DNA of 64,000 nt from Patescibacteria group bacterium (GTDB taxonomy: Bacteria > Patescibacteriota > Patescibacteriia > JAXHNJ01): NCBI GenBank assembly GCA_043812155.1, contig JBDRMK010000017.1, forward strand, positions 77,824 through 141,823, in the 5' to 3' direction. Numbering within the stretch: the stretch's first letter is position 1; every line of letters starts with the position of its first letter. The notes beneath the pieces were generated by a model that was given only the letters and a program-made list of their open reading frames with translations, was not told the DNA's origin and did no database searches. Made by a program: the position numbers and the translations under genes. Below are positions 55,400 through 64,000 of the stretch, piece after piece.

Positions 55400-58300
55400 T
55401 CAGTTTCGTTCGCACCACTGCCTGGCGTTCTGGAACATCATAAGCCAGGGAGAAGCCTGGAGTTTTCCTCTCCAGTCTTCCGGCAGCCAGGGCCACTGCC
55501 AGGCCAAGAAAACGCGTTCCGGGTGCGGCATGATAGCCAGGTGCCGGCCATCGCCGGAACAAAGAGCAGCGATCCCGTTTCTGGAGCCGTTCGGGTTATA
55601 CGGATACTGCTCCGTCGGCTGGCCGTCATCATCCACAAAGACCGCCGGAACCAAGCTATAAGCAGCCGCTCCTTCCAGGATTGCCGGATCGGGACAATAC
55701 AGACGCCCCTCGCCGTGGGCCACCCAAATTCCCAGAGTTGATCCCGCCATATTGTTAAGCATTATGGAAGGACTCCTGAGAATCTTAGCGGTCACCCAGC
55801 GGGATTCGAAGCGTTCCGACGAGTTGCGGATGAAGCGCGGCTGCTTTTCGCTAGGTATCCCTTCCCAGGGCACCCAGCCTAAAAGCACCTCCAGCTGACA
55901 GCCGTTGCAGACACCGAGGGAAAACGTATCCGGCCTTTGGCGGAAACGCTCGAACATCTCGCGGAGCCGGCCGTTGAACTTAATGCTGCCGGCCCAACCC
56001 TTGGCGCTGTCCAGCACATCCGCATATGAGAAACCGCCGACAAAGACGGCCCCCCGGCAAGCCTCAAGCGAGTAGTCGCCGTTCAAAAGGTCAGTCATGG
56101 TGACATCCACGGAATTGAATCCGGCCAGATAGAAAGCCGAAGTCATTTCCCGGTCACCGTTACTGCCTTCCTCCCGGATGATTGCCACTTCAGGCTTAAC
56201 CGTCCGAAGCAGAACTTCCGGCGCGGTTGCTTGCGGCTCAAAGGAAAGGTAATAGCGAGGACCTTTTCGGTCGTGCCGTCCGGCCTGATCCAAGGCAAAC
56301 TTGAGATTCATCTGATGTTTCTCAAGCTCGTCGCTGATTGACTCCCACCAGGAAAGAAGGGTGGGAAGTTCAAGATCAGGCACGACTTCACGACCCTGCC
56401 GCAAGCTTATCCGGCGTTCAATTGTCGTCTTGCCTAAATCGTAAACCGGAACACCGCATTCACCCAAGAGGCTTCTTATCTCGGCTTCGTTTTCGGGCAA
56501 AACTTCCAAGACCGCTCCCAGTTCTTCCGAAAACAAGGACTCTATGACAGTCCCGTTATACGGCACTTCCACTTTTATCCCACTGTTGCCGGCCAGGGCC
56601 ATTTCCACCAGAGTCGTGATGAGCCCGGCGTCACTGATATCATGGCCGGCCAAAATCAGATCTCGGTCGATCAGCTTTTGGACAGACAAGAAAGTGTTTT
56701 TCAGCAAAGCGGGATCATCAACATCCGGCGATTCGTTGCCGATCTGCTGGTGGATTTGTGCCAGGGCCGAACCGCCCAAACGATGTTTGCCCGGAGCCAT
56801 GGTCAAGAATAAAAGAGAACTTAGCCCGGGCCGCTTGATGTCCGGAGTGACCACCTTGGTAATGTCAGGCACAGTGACATAGGCGGAAATAACCAGCTGT
56901 CCCGGCGCTTTGACGGTTTCATCGCCGACCCTAGCCGCCATGGACAGACTGTCTTTACCTCCGTCTACCGCCATACCCAACTTAATCATCAGGTCACGCA
57001 TCGCCTCAGCCGCCGCGCGCATTTTGGCGCCTTCACCTGGCATCTTGCCAGCCCACATCCAATTGGCCGAACATTTGACGTCGGAAAGGGAGCTAATCCG
57101 GGCGAACATCAGATTGGTCAGGCATTCCGCCACGGCCATCCGAGCCCCGGCTTGCGGTGAAACCAGCATCTTAATCGGCTGCTCCCCGATAGCCGTGGCC
57201 GCGCCTGTCAGACCGAAATGGCTTTGGGCCACCACACTGACGTCGGAAACCGGAAGCTGCAAAGGACCGCAGCACTGCTGTCGGGCGACGAGGCCGGTCA
57301 CGCTCCGGTCAACCTTGCGCACCAGGTACCCTTTCGAACCGACTGAAGGCAGGCGAAAGACTTTCTGAAGAGCTTCCGCCACGGACAGATCAGCCGGAAG
57401 AGAAAGAGGAGCAAGCGCGAGAGGCACGGGATCGATCACGAAGGTTTTCTGCGGCATGTGACAGAGGATTTTGCCGAGATCAAGATCGACGGGCCGGGAA
57501 CCATCCTGGGAGTCTGAGACCGTAATGCGTCCATCGCCGGTGATTTCCCCCAAGATCTCGCAGTTGACTTTCTCACGGGTGCAGATCGCCTTGAATTCGT
57601 CTACCCGGTCGGGAAAAATCAGAAACGCGTCGCGCTCCTGGTATTCCGCTCCCCAGATTTCTAGGAAAGACATGGTCGCGTCACCCACCTGAATCTGGCG
57701 GATGTCTACGCGGCCGCCGGCCGGCTCCACGAGCTCGGTCAGGACGTTGCAGGGTCCGCCCGCGCCTTGATCGTGAGCGACTCGGATGGGATTTTTTTCT
57801 CCCATCTCGACGCAGGCCCGTACAACACGGTTAAGTTTCTGTTCCTCTTCCGCGTCGCCGCGCTGAACCGCGTTGAAATCCAGTTCGGCTTTGTTTTCCC
57901 CCTGAATCATACTGGAAGCCGAACCACCGCCCATGCCAATTCGGTAAGCCGGCCCGCCGACCTGAACGATAACCAGGCCAGGGGTTGGCTTGTCCTTTTT
58001 GATATGGCGGTCGTCAATCTGACCCACGCCGCCAGTGAACATGATTGGTTTGATCCATTCACGACGTTCACCGTCAGGCAGTCTCAGACCGAAAGTCCGG
58101 ACAAATCCCTGAGTAACCGGCTCGCCAAACTTATTCCCATAGTCAGAAGCACCATTGCTCTCTTCTATCAGGATGGTAAGCGGAGAAGCCAGATTGCTAG
58201 GATACTCGAAGTCCGGGTTTTCGCCGGGTATCGTGTAATCGGGAATATTGAGATTTCCCACGCAATAACCGGCGGTTCCCGCGATCACCAAGCCGCCCTG

Positions 58301-59242
58301 ACCGACACATTGACCGTCACGGATACGCCCGCCTGTTCCGGTAGTGGCACCGGGGAAAGGAGCGACTCCGCTGGGAAAATTGTGGGTCTCGGCGGTAAAA
58401 GTAATGTGGTACAAACGAGTCTCCAGGGAAAAAGGCGAGCAAATTCCAGGGGCGTTCGGAATGAGCGTCAGAATTTGATACCCTCGGATACTGCTGGCAT
58501 CGTCGCTGAAACCGATGATGCTGTTCCCCGGATTGGCCTGAAGCGTGGACTTAACGATCTCGAAAAGAGTCTCGGGAAGTTCCTGTCCGTTCTGGACCAT
58601 TTTTCCCTTGAAGAACCAGTGGCGGGAATGTTCGCTGTTGGCTTGTCCCAACTGAAAACATTCCGCGTCTGTGGGATCAAGGCCGATGTCATTCACAAAC
58701 AGGTTGAAGTAAAAATCAAGATCCCACGCATCCATGCCCAGACCCATTTCCCGGTTAATGTTTGCCAAAGCGCCGATTCTCTCTTTCCTTAAGGGAATTA
58801 TTCGAACGAGCTTTGGAGCCATCCCGGTAGAAAAAGTGCTGAGCGGCTGAACATACTGGCATTCGGTCATGCGGTCGTGATGATTCGCCAAAAAAGCGGC
58901 TTCGTCACTTCCTTCCGGCAGGACATAGCGGCGGGACCGTTCAAGGCGGGTCACTTTGGTCAGGCCGCAGGCATGGCAGATGCCGACCGCGTTGGTTGAA
59001 AAAGCGGTGGCAAAATTCAAGCGCGGGCCGATTTCGATGACCGCGTTTGCTTGAGGCCCGGAAAGTAGAGAATTCTTATCCAGGTATAACGGCTCAAAAG
59101 TCTCGGCAAGAAGCCATATGAGAACTCTTTGCTCCTCGGCCGAGAGAGACTCCGATGTTTCCACATTGAAACAATATTCCATCTGTGGACTGATTCGGCG
59201 GTAGAAACGTTGCACCATTGAACTGTTTTCTTTTTTTCCCAT
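55400..59242 (-). CDS. purL: Phosphoribosylformylglycinamidine synthase, large single-chain form (FGAM synthetase).
   Basis: 1280 aa. N-terminal FGAM synthetase region, duplicated AIR-synthase-like domains, and a C-terminal glutamine amidotransferase with GVCNGCQ and HGEGR motifs. Markedly higher GC content than flanking genes. Confidence 0.9.
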   Translation of the reverse strand: MGKKENSSMVQRFYRRISPQMEYCFNVETSESLSAEEQRVLIWLLAETFEPLYLDKNSLLSGPQANAVIEIGPRLNFATAFSTNAVGICHACGLTKVTRLERSRRYVLPEGSDEAAFLANHHDRMTECQYVQPLSTFSTGMAPKLVRIIPLRKERIGALANINREMGLGMDAWDLDFYFNLFVNDIGLDPTDAECFQLGQANSEHSRHWFFKGKMVQNGQELPETLFEIVKSTLQANPGNSIIGFSDDASSIRGYQILTLIPNAPGICSPFSLETRLYHITFTAETHNFPSGVAPFPGATTGTGGRIRDGQCVGQGGLVIAGTAGYCVGNLNIPDYTIPGENPDFEYPSNLASPLTILIEESNGASDYGNKFGEPVTQGFVRTFGLRLPDGERREWIKPIMFTGGVGQIDDRHIKKDKPTPGLVIVQVGGPAYRIGMGGGSASSMIQGENKAELDFNAVQRGDAEEEQKLNRVVRACVEMGEKNPIRVAHDQGAGGPCNVLTELVEPAGGRVDIRQIQVGDATMSFLEIWGAEYQERDAFLIFPDRVDEFKAICTREKVNCEILGEITGDGRITVSDSQDGSRPVDLDLGKILCHMPQKTFVIDPVPLALAPLSLPADLSVAEALQKVFRLPSVGSKGYLVRKVDRSVTGLVARQQCCGPLQLPVSDVSVVAQSHFGLTGAATAIGEQPIKMLVSPQAGARMAVAECLTNLMFARISSLSDVKCSANWMWAGKMPGEGAKMRAAAEAMRDLMIKLGMAVDGGKDSLSMAARVGDETVKAPGQLVISAYVTVPDITKVVTPDIKRPGLSSLLFLTMAPGKHRLGGSALAQIHQQIGNESPDVDDPALLKNTFLSVQKLIDRDLILAGHDISDAGLITTLVEMALAGNSGIKVEVPYNGTVIESLFSEELGAVLEVLPENEAEIRSLLGECGVPVYDLGKTTIERRISLRQGREVVPDLELPTLLSWWESISDELEKHQMNLKFALDQAGRHDRKGPRYYLSFEPQATAPEVLLRTVKPEVAIIREEGSNGDREMTSAFYLAGFNSVDVTMTDLLNGDYSLEACRGAVFVGGFSYADVLDSAKGWAGSIKFNGRLREMFERFRQRPDTFSLGVCNGCQLEVLLGWVPWEGIPSEKQPRFIRNSSERFESRWVTAKILRSPSIMLNNMAGSTLGIWVAHGEGRLYCPDPAILEGAAAYSLVPAVFVDDDGQPTEQYPYNPNGSRNGIAALCSGDGRHLAIMPHPERVFLAWQWPWLPEDWRGKLQASPWLMMFQNARQWCERN

Positions 59243-59310
59243 GATTTACAACCTTCCTTTCTGGAGTGCTTCCGTTTGACAGTAAACTAAATAACTAGTT
59301 TTTATCTTGA

Positions 59311-59334
59311 CGCTAATCTTAAACAAGATTAGCG
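59311..59334. promoter_or_regulatory. Perfect 10-bp inverted repeat cgctaatctt-aaac-aagattagcg in the divergent purL / M23 promoter region; candidate operator overlapping a TTGACG -35-like hexamer.
   Basis: Read directly from the sequence. Its half-site GCTAAT recurs in other intergenic palindromes in the window. Confidence 0.35.
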
Positions 59335-59477
59335 CTAATCAGTGCTTATTTTTCGCATTTTTTCAATGAACTAGTTAAAGTATCTTATACTATTAATAAG
59401 ACAACTGTCAATCAGTTTCACTGGTCTATAATTAAAGAGAAAGGGCGCTAAAAGTTATATTATGTTATGATAATTAC

Positions 59478-60197
59478 ATGAAAAAAAATCTCCAAATCCT
59501 TATCATCTTGGCAGTTATCCTTGTGGCCGGATTAGGTGTATTTTTATTTATCAAAAAAACAGGACCGGCCTGCTCAAAAAACGCAGATTGCCGAAATATA
59601 AATATTCGACAAAATGTCAATATCAATCAAAATATTAACACTACTCGGCAAAATACTAATATCACTCAAAATGTTAACGCGACTAGCAACTCTAACTTTC
59701 AGCCGCCTTTAACAAGAGCTGGGGAAAGAGTGACGAAAAAACCCTTCGGCATTTACATTACAAAAGACAATTCGCCGGTCCAGCCGGAAAGATTTGCGGG
59801 TTATCATACCGGGACTGATTTTGAAGTTTTTCCCGAGGAATTAAATACAGAAGTACCGGTACATGCAGTCTGTTCGGGAACCTTAAAATTAAAAGAAACC
59901 GCCTCGGGCTACGGCGGGGTAGCCGTGCAAAATTGCGAATTAAACGGCGCCGCGATTACCGTTATCTACGGCCATTTGAAACTATCGAGTATTACTAAAA
60001 TAGCGGGCGAGAATTTAACTGTCGGTGAAACCTTAGGAATCTTAGGCGACGGATACAGCGCCGAAACCAATGGCGAACGTAAACATCTGCATCTGGGTTT
60101 CCATAAAGGCACTGCTACCAATATTAAGGGTTATGTCAGCCTGGAAAGCCAGCTCTCTGATTGGATAAACCCGTGTTTGTATGTTTGCCACAATTAG
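59478..60197 (+). CDS. Membrane-anchored M23-family metallopeptidase.
   Basis: N-terminal TM. HTGTDFEV and HLHLGFHKG zinc-ligand motifs. Confidence 0.75.
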   Translation: MKKNLQILIILAVILVAGLGVFLFIKKTGPACSKNADCRNINIRQNVNINQNINTTRQNTNITQNVNATSNSNFQPPLTRAGERVTKKPFGIYITKDNSPVQPERFAGYHTGTDFEVFPEELNTEVPVHAVCSGTLKLKETASGYGGVAVQNCELNGAAITVIYGHLKLSSITKIAGENLTVGETLGILGDGYSAETNGERKHLHLGFHKGTATNIKGYVSLESQLSDWINPCLYVCHN

Positions 60198-60292
60198 CCG
60201 CATAAATCCGAAGCACGAAATCCTAAATCCTAAACAAATTCAAAATTCGAAACTCCGATTAAAAAATTAGCTATCAGTAAAGATTTTAGAAC

Positions 60293-60370
60293 GCTGGGGT
60301 CTGGGGGCTTCCCTTTTTTGTTTCAGAATAAACAAAGATGTTAGTAGTATCAAAAACAGAAGCCCCCAGG
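60293..60370. repeat. 78-bp long-loop hairpin repeat (copy 2), inverted relative to copy 1.
   Basis: gctggggtctgggggcttccc...cagaagcccccagg. The reverse complement aligns with 54276-54353. Confidence 0.6.
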
Positions 60371-60521
60371 GCTTTTGGTTCTTTTGGCATCAAAAGAACA
60401 AACAATTATACCTAAACAAAAAATCAGACAAACCACTAATAATGTGTTTGGTTTTAAGCTATCCTTTTCGCCCTCAACCAGGTTTTTTGATATACTCTAA
60501 ATATACTATTAAACTATTAAT

Positions 60522-61146
60522 ATGAAAGCGGTCATCTTCGACATGGACGGCGTGGTCTCGGACACCCAAAAGTATCAGGCCGAGGCCGAATCAAAATTAC
60601 TTTTAAGATCCGGGATACATATGTCCCCTGACGAAATAACGGCTAAATACGCCGGCGTGTCCGATTACGAATGGTTTAAGGATATGTTTGCCCAGGCCGG
60701 CCAGCCGGTTGATCTTAAAAAAATAGTGAGGGAAAAATGGAAAATAGTCTTTGAGATCGCCACCGGCCGTATCCAACCGATCAAAGGAGCAACAGCGCTG
60801 ATAAAAAATTTAAAGGAAAAAGGATTCCCTCTCGCTATTGCCTCAGCCTCCGCTAAGCCATTTATTAATCTGGTAATGAAAGAATTGAGTTTGGAAAATG
60901 TTTTTGATGTTTTAGTCAGTTCAACGGAAGTCGCCAAAGGCAAACCAGCCCCGGATATTTTTTTATTGGCCGCCGAAAAATTAGGCGTCGCACCTTTAGA
61001 CTGCGTCGTAATTGAAGACGGAATTAAAGGAATGGAAGCGGCCAAAACGCCGGCATGAAATGCCTTGGACTGGTCGCCGATAAAAACGGAAATTATCCCG
61101 CCGATGTTCTCGTTAATTCTCTGGCTGAGATAGAAATTGATTTTTT
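60522..61146 (+). CDS. HAD-superfamily hydrolase (beta-phosphoglucomutase-like) interrupted by an apparent 1-nt frameshift near its 3' end.
   Basis: Motif I FDMDGVVSDT. The frame stops at 61056-61058 after AAKTPA. The +1 frame continues as AGMKCLGLVADKNGNYPADVLVNSLAEIEIDFLKK, which is the expected HAD C-terminus. Confidence 0.65.
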
Positions 61147-61168
61147 AAAAAAATAATATAATTAATCT

Positions 61169-61375
61169 ATGAAAAAATCTTACCTCATTATCCTTATCGT
61201 TGTCATTCTGGTCGGGGCCGGCCTGGCTTTTTATTTCACTGGCGGCAAAGAATGCAAAGATCTAAATGAGCAAGAATGTAAAAAAGACGACCGCTGCCTT
61301 TCCACCCTTATCCCCTGCACCGATCCCACCTGCACTTCTGACGCGGTTTTCAAGGAATGCAAAGATAAAAAATAA
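61169..61375 (+). CDS. Small membrane-anchored Cys-rich protein, hypothetical.
   Basis: N-terminal TM followed by CK-rich KECKDLNEQECKKDDRC...CTDPTCTSD. Confidence 0.4.
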   Translation: MKKSYLIILIVVILVGAGLAFYFTGGKECKDLNEQECKKDDRCLSTLIPCTDPTCTSDAVFKECKDKK

Positions 61376-61474
61376 TAGATCTGCTATCCGCCTGGCTGGT
61401 GTTTTTAAATTTGCCTGGCTTTATAAATTAGAATATAATATATATATATTTTTTAGCAATCATTAAAAAATAAT

Positions 61475-62089
61475 ATGCCGGAAGAAATTAACCAAGAACA
61501 AAACAAAGTTATTAGAGAAATAAAAGACAACACGGCCAACCCCGCGGCTTTAGGCCTGTTGGGGTTCGGGATGACCACGGTGCTTTTAAATCTGCATAAC
61601 GCCGGATTTTTCCCGTTAAGCGCCGTGATTCTAGGGATGGGCATATTTTACGGCGGACTGGCCCAGGTGATCGCCGGAATCATGGAATGGGAGAAAAACA
61701 ATACTTTCGGCGCCACTGCTTTCACCTCTTACGGTTTTTTCTGGCTTTCTTTAGTAGCGATCTGGGTGATACCGGCGATAGGCTGGTCAAAAGCGCCTGA
61801 TAATTCAGCCATGGCCGCCTACCTTTTTATGTGGGGCTTTTTTACCGCGGTGATGTTCTTCGGCACCCTGAAAATGAACCGCGCCTTGCAGTTCGTTTTT
61901 GCCTCCCTGGCCATCCTGTTTTTCTTGCTCGCCCTTGGCGACGCTACCGGAAACACTCTTTTAAAACAGATCGCCGGCTATGAAGGGATCATCTGCGGCT
62001 TATCCGCCGTCTATACCGCTTTGGCTTTGGTGCTGAATGAAGTCTACGGAAAAACTATCCTGCCCATCTGTCCGGTAAAAAAAGATTAG
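61475..62089 (+). CDS. satP: GPR1/FUN34/YaaH-family acetate/succinate transporter.
   Basis: [24 protein letters not shown] signature and six TM helices. Confidence 0.8.
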   Translation: MPEEINQEQNKVIREIKDNTANPAALGLLGFGMTTVLLNLHNAGFFPLSAVILGMGIFYGGLAQVIAGIMEWEKNNTFGATAFTSYGFFWLSLVAIWVIPAIGWSKAPDNSAMAAYLFMWGFFTAVMFFGTLKMNRALQFVFASLAILFFLLALGDATGNTLLKQIAGYEGIICGLSAVYTALALVLNEVYGKTILPICPVKKD

Positions 62090-62114
62090 GGTTAAATACT
62101 AATTCAAATAAACA

Positions 62115-62156
62115 AAAAATACTCATCTTGCGACGGGTATTTTTTGTTTATCTTAT
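62115..62156. terminator. Bidirectional terminator-like hairpin between the convergent satP-like and cspA genes.
   Basis: 12-bp AT-rich stem aaacaaaaaata / tattttttgttt with a 16-nt GC-containing loop; T-runs on both strands. Confidence 0.45.
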
Positions 62157-62164
62157 GAGATAAT

Positions 62165-62362
62165 TTAAGCTTTGCTGACTTTCACAGCCGCGGGACCCTT
62201 TGGGGTGTCAGAGACTTCGAAAGTGACCGCGTCGCCTTCTCTTAAGTCGCTGAAAGCCACTCCCACCAGTTCATTGGCGTGGAAAAACAGGTCTTTCTGG
62301 TTGCCTTCGGCGGTGATAAAGCCGAAGTTCTTGTCGGTCAGCTTTTTTATTGTTCCTTGCAT
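62165..62362 (-). CDS. cspA: Cold-shock protein (CspA family).
   Basis: GTIKKLTDKNFGFITAEGNQKDLFFH RNP-1-like motif. 65 aa. Confidence 0.85.
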   Translation of the reverse strand: MQGTIKKLTDKNFGFITAEGNQKDLFFHANELVGVAFSDLREGDAVTFEVSDTPKGPAAVKVSKA

Positions 62363-62601
62363 AGCAATTGAAAAATAAAGATTGATTAAGATATAGTAAC
62401 CTTTGAAATTCGACTAAATTTTTCAATACTTACTATATTTTTGAACGACTGTCCGGAAGAATAAATTTTACTGCCAGCCAGTTGTTCATAAGTATGATAC
62501 CAGAGATTGACAATAAAGTCAATCCCGGCCGGACTGGCTATGATGCAAATTTTTCTGTATACTTAATTTAAGATAAATATTTATTAATACGCTAAAATTT
62601 T

Positions 62602-63531
62602 ATGCCTGGAAAAGAATCACTCGAGGGAAGAGAAATTCCGCCTGATTTATCGGCTTTGGATTTAAACAGTCTGCAAAAAGAGGCGGAAGAATATAATCAC
62701 CGTTTTAACGCCGGAACTATGATGGCCGATATGCTTAAAGCACACGTACGAAATGAAGAGCTACCGCCACAGAAGGCAACAGACCGTGAACCACCCTTGG
62801 AAAGAATAAAACTTCAATACGCCGATCTTATTGGCCGCACCGGCATCAGCTTGGAAACAATAGGCACTAACCGTATCTTTGGGGCGGACGGAGAAAGACA
62901 GGCTTCCGAACTTCGTTTTAATCTGTCTGACCGAAACAAATTTATTGAATACTTAAAGTCAATCCCGCCGGAAAATCTCAGCCCTTCGCAGGCTGAAGGG
63001 TTAAAAACCGTGGCCGAAAGCCTGACCACCCAACTCGCCCAAGAATACCAAGTGACAAATCCCAAAGACGAAAGAATGATTGAACTTTTAGGCGGACTAA
63101 AAGAGATGAACCAAGCTTACGACCGTCTTGATCCGGAAAAACAAAACGGCTTGAGCCGGGCGGTGGAACGACTAAAAAAATATGACCGGGCGTCTCAAGG
63201 CAAACACTTGAAGGAATATATCGCCGTGGAAAAAGCCGGCCTGATGGCCGAGGTAGGCGGCCGTAATTTCGGCCCGAGCCAATGGCATACCGATGCCACG
63301 CCGGAATTTTACGAAGAACATTGGCAACAGGCCTTAGAGATATTAAAAAGCCTGGGCGATAATCCGCAGGCCCAAAACTTACAAGACCAAGTCCGGGAAA
63401 ATTTAAAAGCCTCTCTGGCCCATGCGAGAGAGAATTTGGAACGGAATGAAGAATCACATCTGGCTAATAGCAGAGAAGCTTTTTTTCTGCAAGTAATCTC
63501 TCGGGCGGAAAAAGAATTAGCAAAAATATAA
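62602..63531 (+). CDS. Hypothetical protein, 309 aa, helical and charged.
   Basis: ORF only. Confidence 0.45.
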   Translation: MPGKESLEGREIPPDLSALDLNSLQKEAEEYNHRFNAGTMMADMLKAHVRNEELPPQKATDREPPLERIKLQYADLIGRTGISLETIGTNRIFGADGERQASELRFNLSDRNKFIEYLKSIPPENLSPSQAEGLKTVAESLTTQLAQEYQVTNPKDERMIELLGGLKEMNQAYDRLDPEKQNGLSRAVERLKKYDRASQGKHLKEYIAVEKAGLMAEVGGRNFGPSQWHTDATPEFYEEHWQQALEILKSLGDNPQAQNLQDQVRENLKASLAHARENLERNEESHLANSREAFFLQVISRAEKELAKI

Positions 63532-63543
63532 TAATGCCCCCTC

Positions 63544-63750
63544 TTATTCCCCCAAAACCCATTCCAGTATATCAATCTGTTTTTCGACGATTTTCTTTTT
63601 ATCTTCATTCTCTAAAGTTAGCTCCTCGCCTTTTTCCGAATCCTCATCAACGCCTTCATCTTCCAGCGTTTCCTCAAGTTCATTTTCTAAATCATCCTTC
63701 TCACTTTCCAGTTCGTCAATTTTATCTTTAATTTCTTCTTCCGTGCGCAT
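63544..63750 (-). CDS. Small, highly acidic, coiled-coil hypothetical protein.
   Basis: 68 aa, Glu/Asp-rich. Compositional evidence only. Confidence 0.3.
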   Translation of the reverse strand: MRTEEEIKDKIDELESEKDDLENELEETLEDEGVDEDSEKGEELTLENEDKKKIVEKQIDILEWVLGE

Positions 63751-63754
63751 AAGT

Positions 63755-64000
63755 TTATTGTTTAGTTATATTTAGGACGTAAACCTGGTTGTTTTGGCCG
63801 GCGATCCCTTCAACAACGATCGGGTCGCCCGCTTTAAGCCAGCCATTGGCCAGCAAATCCGGGCAATGACCCTGGCTGTCCGCGCTTAAAACACAGGTAC
63901 TGATATAATTTTGGCCGTCGAAAACCAGCTCGCGGTTGATGGCCGGATTGCCCGGGCCTTCCCATAGAACATACCACTTCTGACTTTCCGCTGGCTTGGA
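63755..64000 (-). CDS. Partial CDS, C-terminal fragment of a protein that continues beyond the window end.
   Basis: Frame open from the window edge to a TAA at 63755-63757, translating as ...GQNYISTCVLSADSQGHCPDLLANGWLKAGDPIVVEGIAGQNNQVYVLNITKQ. Confidence 0.35.
   Translation of the reverse strand, partial: SKPAESQKWYVLWEGPGNPAINRELVFDGQNYISTCVLSADSQGHCPDLLANGWLKAGDPIVVEGIAGQNNQVYVLNITKQ

Noticed and set aside
1-64000. CRISPR arrays, rRNA genes, and an alternative genetic code (UGA as Gly or Trp).
   Set aside because: No spacer-interrupted direct-repeat arrays or rRNA-like segments were seen. Well-conserved genes (pnp, purL, rsmA, virB4) are intact with TGA as stop, and reading through the leuS TGA does not restore the expected TTRPDT sequence.

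Overview
This 64 kb window is gene-dense and mostly minus-strand, read under the standard genetic code. Some housekeeping genes look streamlined, and there are several giant cysteine-rich secreted proteins. Together this suggests a CPR/Patescibacteria-like bacterium, but that is an inference from the sequence alone.

Main contents:
- A VirB4-family type IV secretion/conjugation ATPase (184-2166), with a small membrane protein in the position a VirB3 would occupy.
- A tightly packed minus-strand operon (8234-26454) encoding a 1054-aa polytopic VirB6/TrbL-like membrane protein and three giant secreted proteins of 1527, 1087 and 1917 aa. These carry FN3/PKD-like domains, a BNR/Ycf48-like propeller, CBM-like domains and EGF-like cysteine repeats.
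- A REP-associated tyrosine transposase (RAYT), flanked by GTAG-containing REP-like hairpins. Two REP copies sit in frame inside its own coding sequence.
- Housekeeping genes: rsmA, tsaC, leuS, lspA, a dksA-family gene, comM/yifB, cmk, pnp, rpsO, cspA, tRNA-Arg(TCT) and tRNA-His(GTG).
- A 1350-aa FG-GAP surface protein.
- A GC-rich single-chain purL, bracketed by an inverted pair of 78-bp hairpin repeats. It looks like an acquired island.
- A degenerate tyrosine recombinase with nearby tRNA 5'-fragment duplications.

The most unusual item is the leucyl-tRNA synthetase. A complete NUDIX hydrolase domain and a YdeN/RBBP9-type serine hydrolase domain are inserted at loops of its CP1 editing region. 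The gene is also interrupted by an apparent frameshift just upstream of the TTRPDT motif. A second apparent frameshift disrupts a HAD hydrolase gene.

Several candidate regulatory elements are noted: promoters, intrinsic terminators, a promoter-plus-terminator leader upstream of a Ca/Na antiporter gene, and recurring GCTAAT palindromes.
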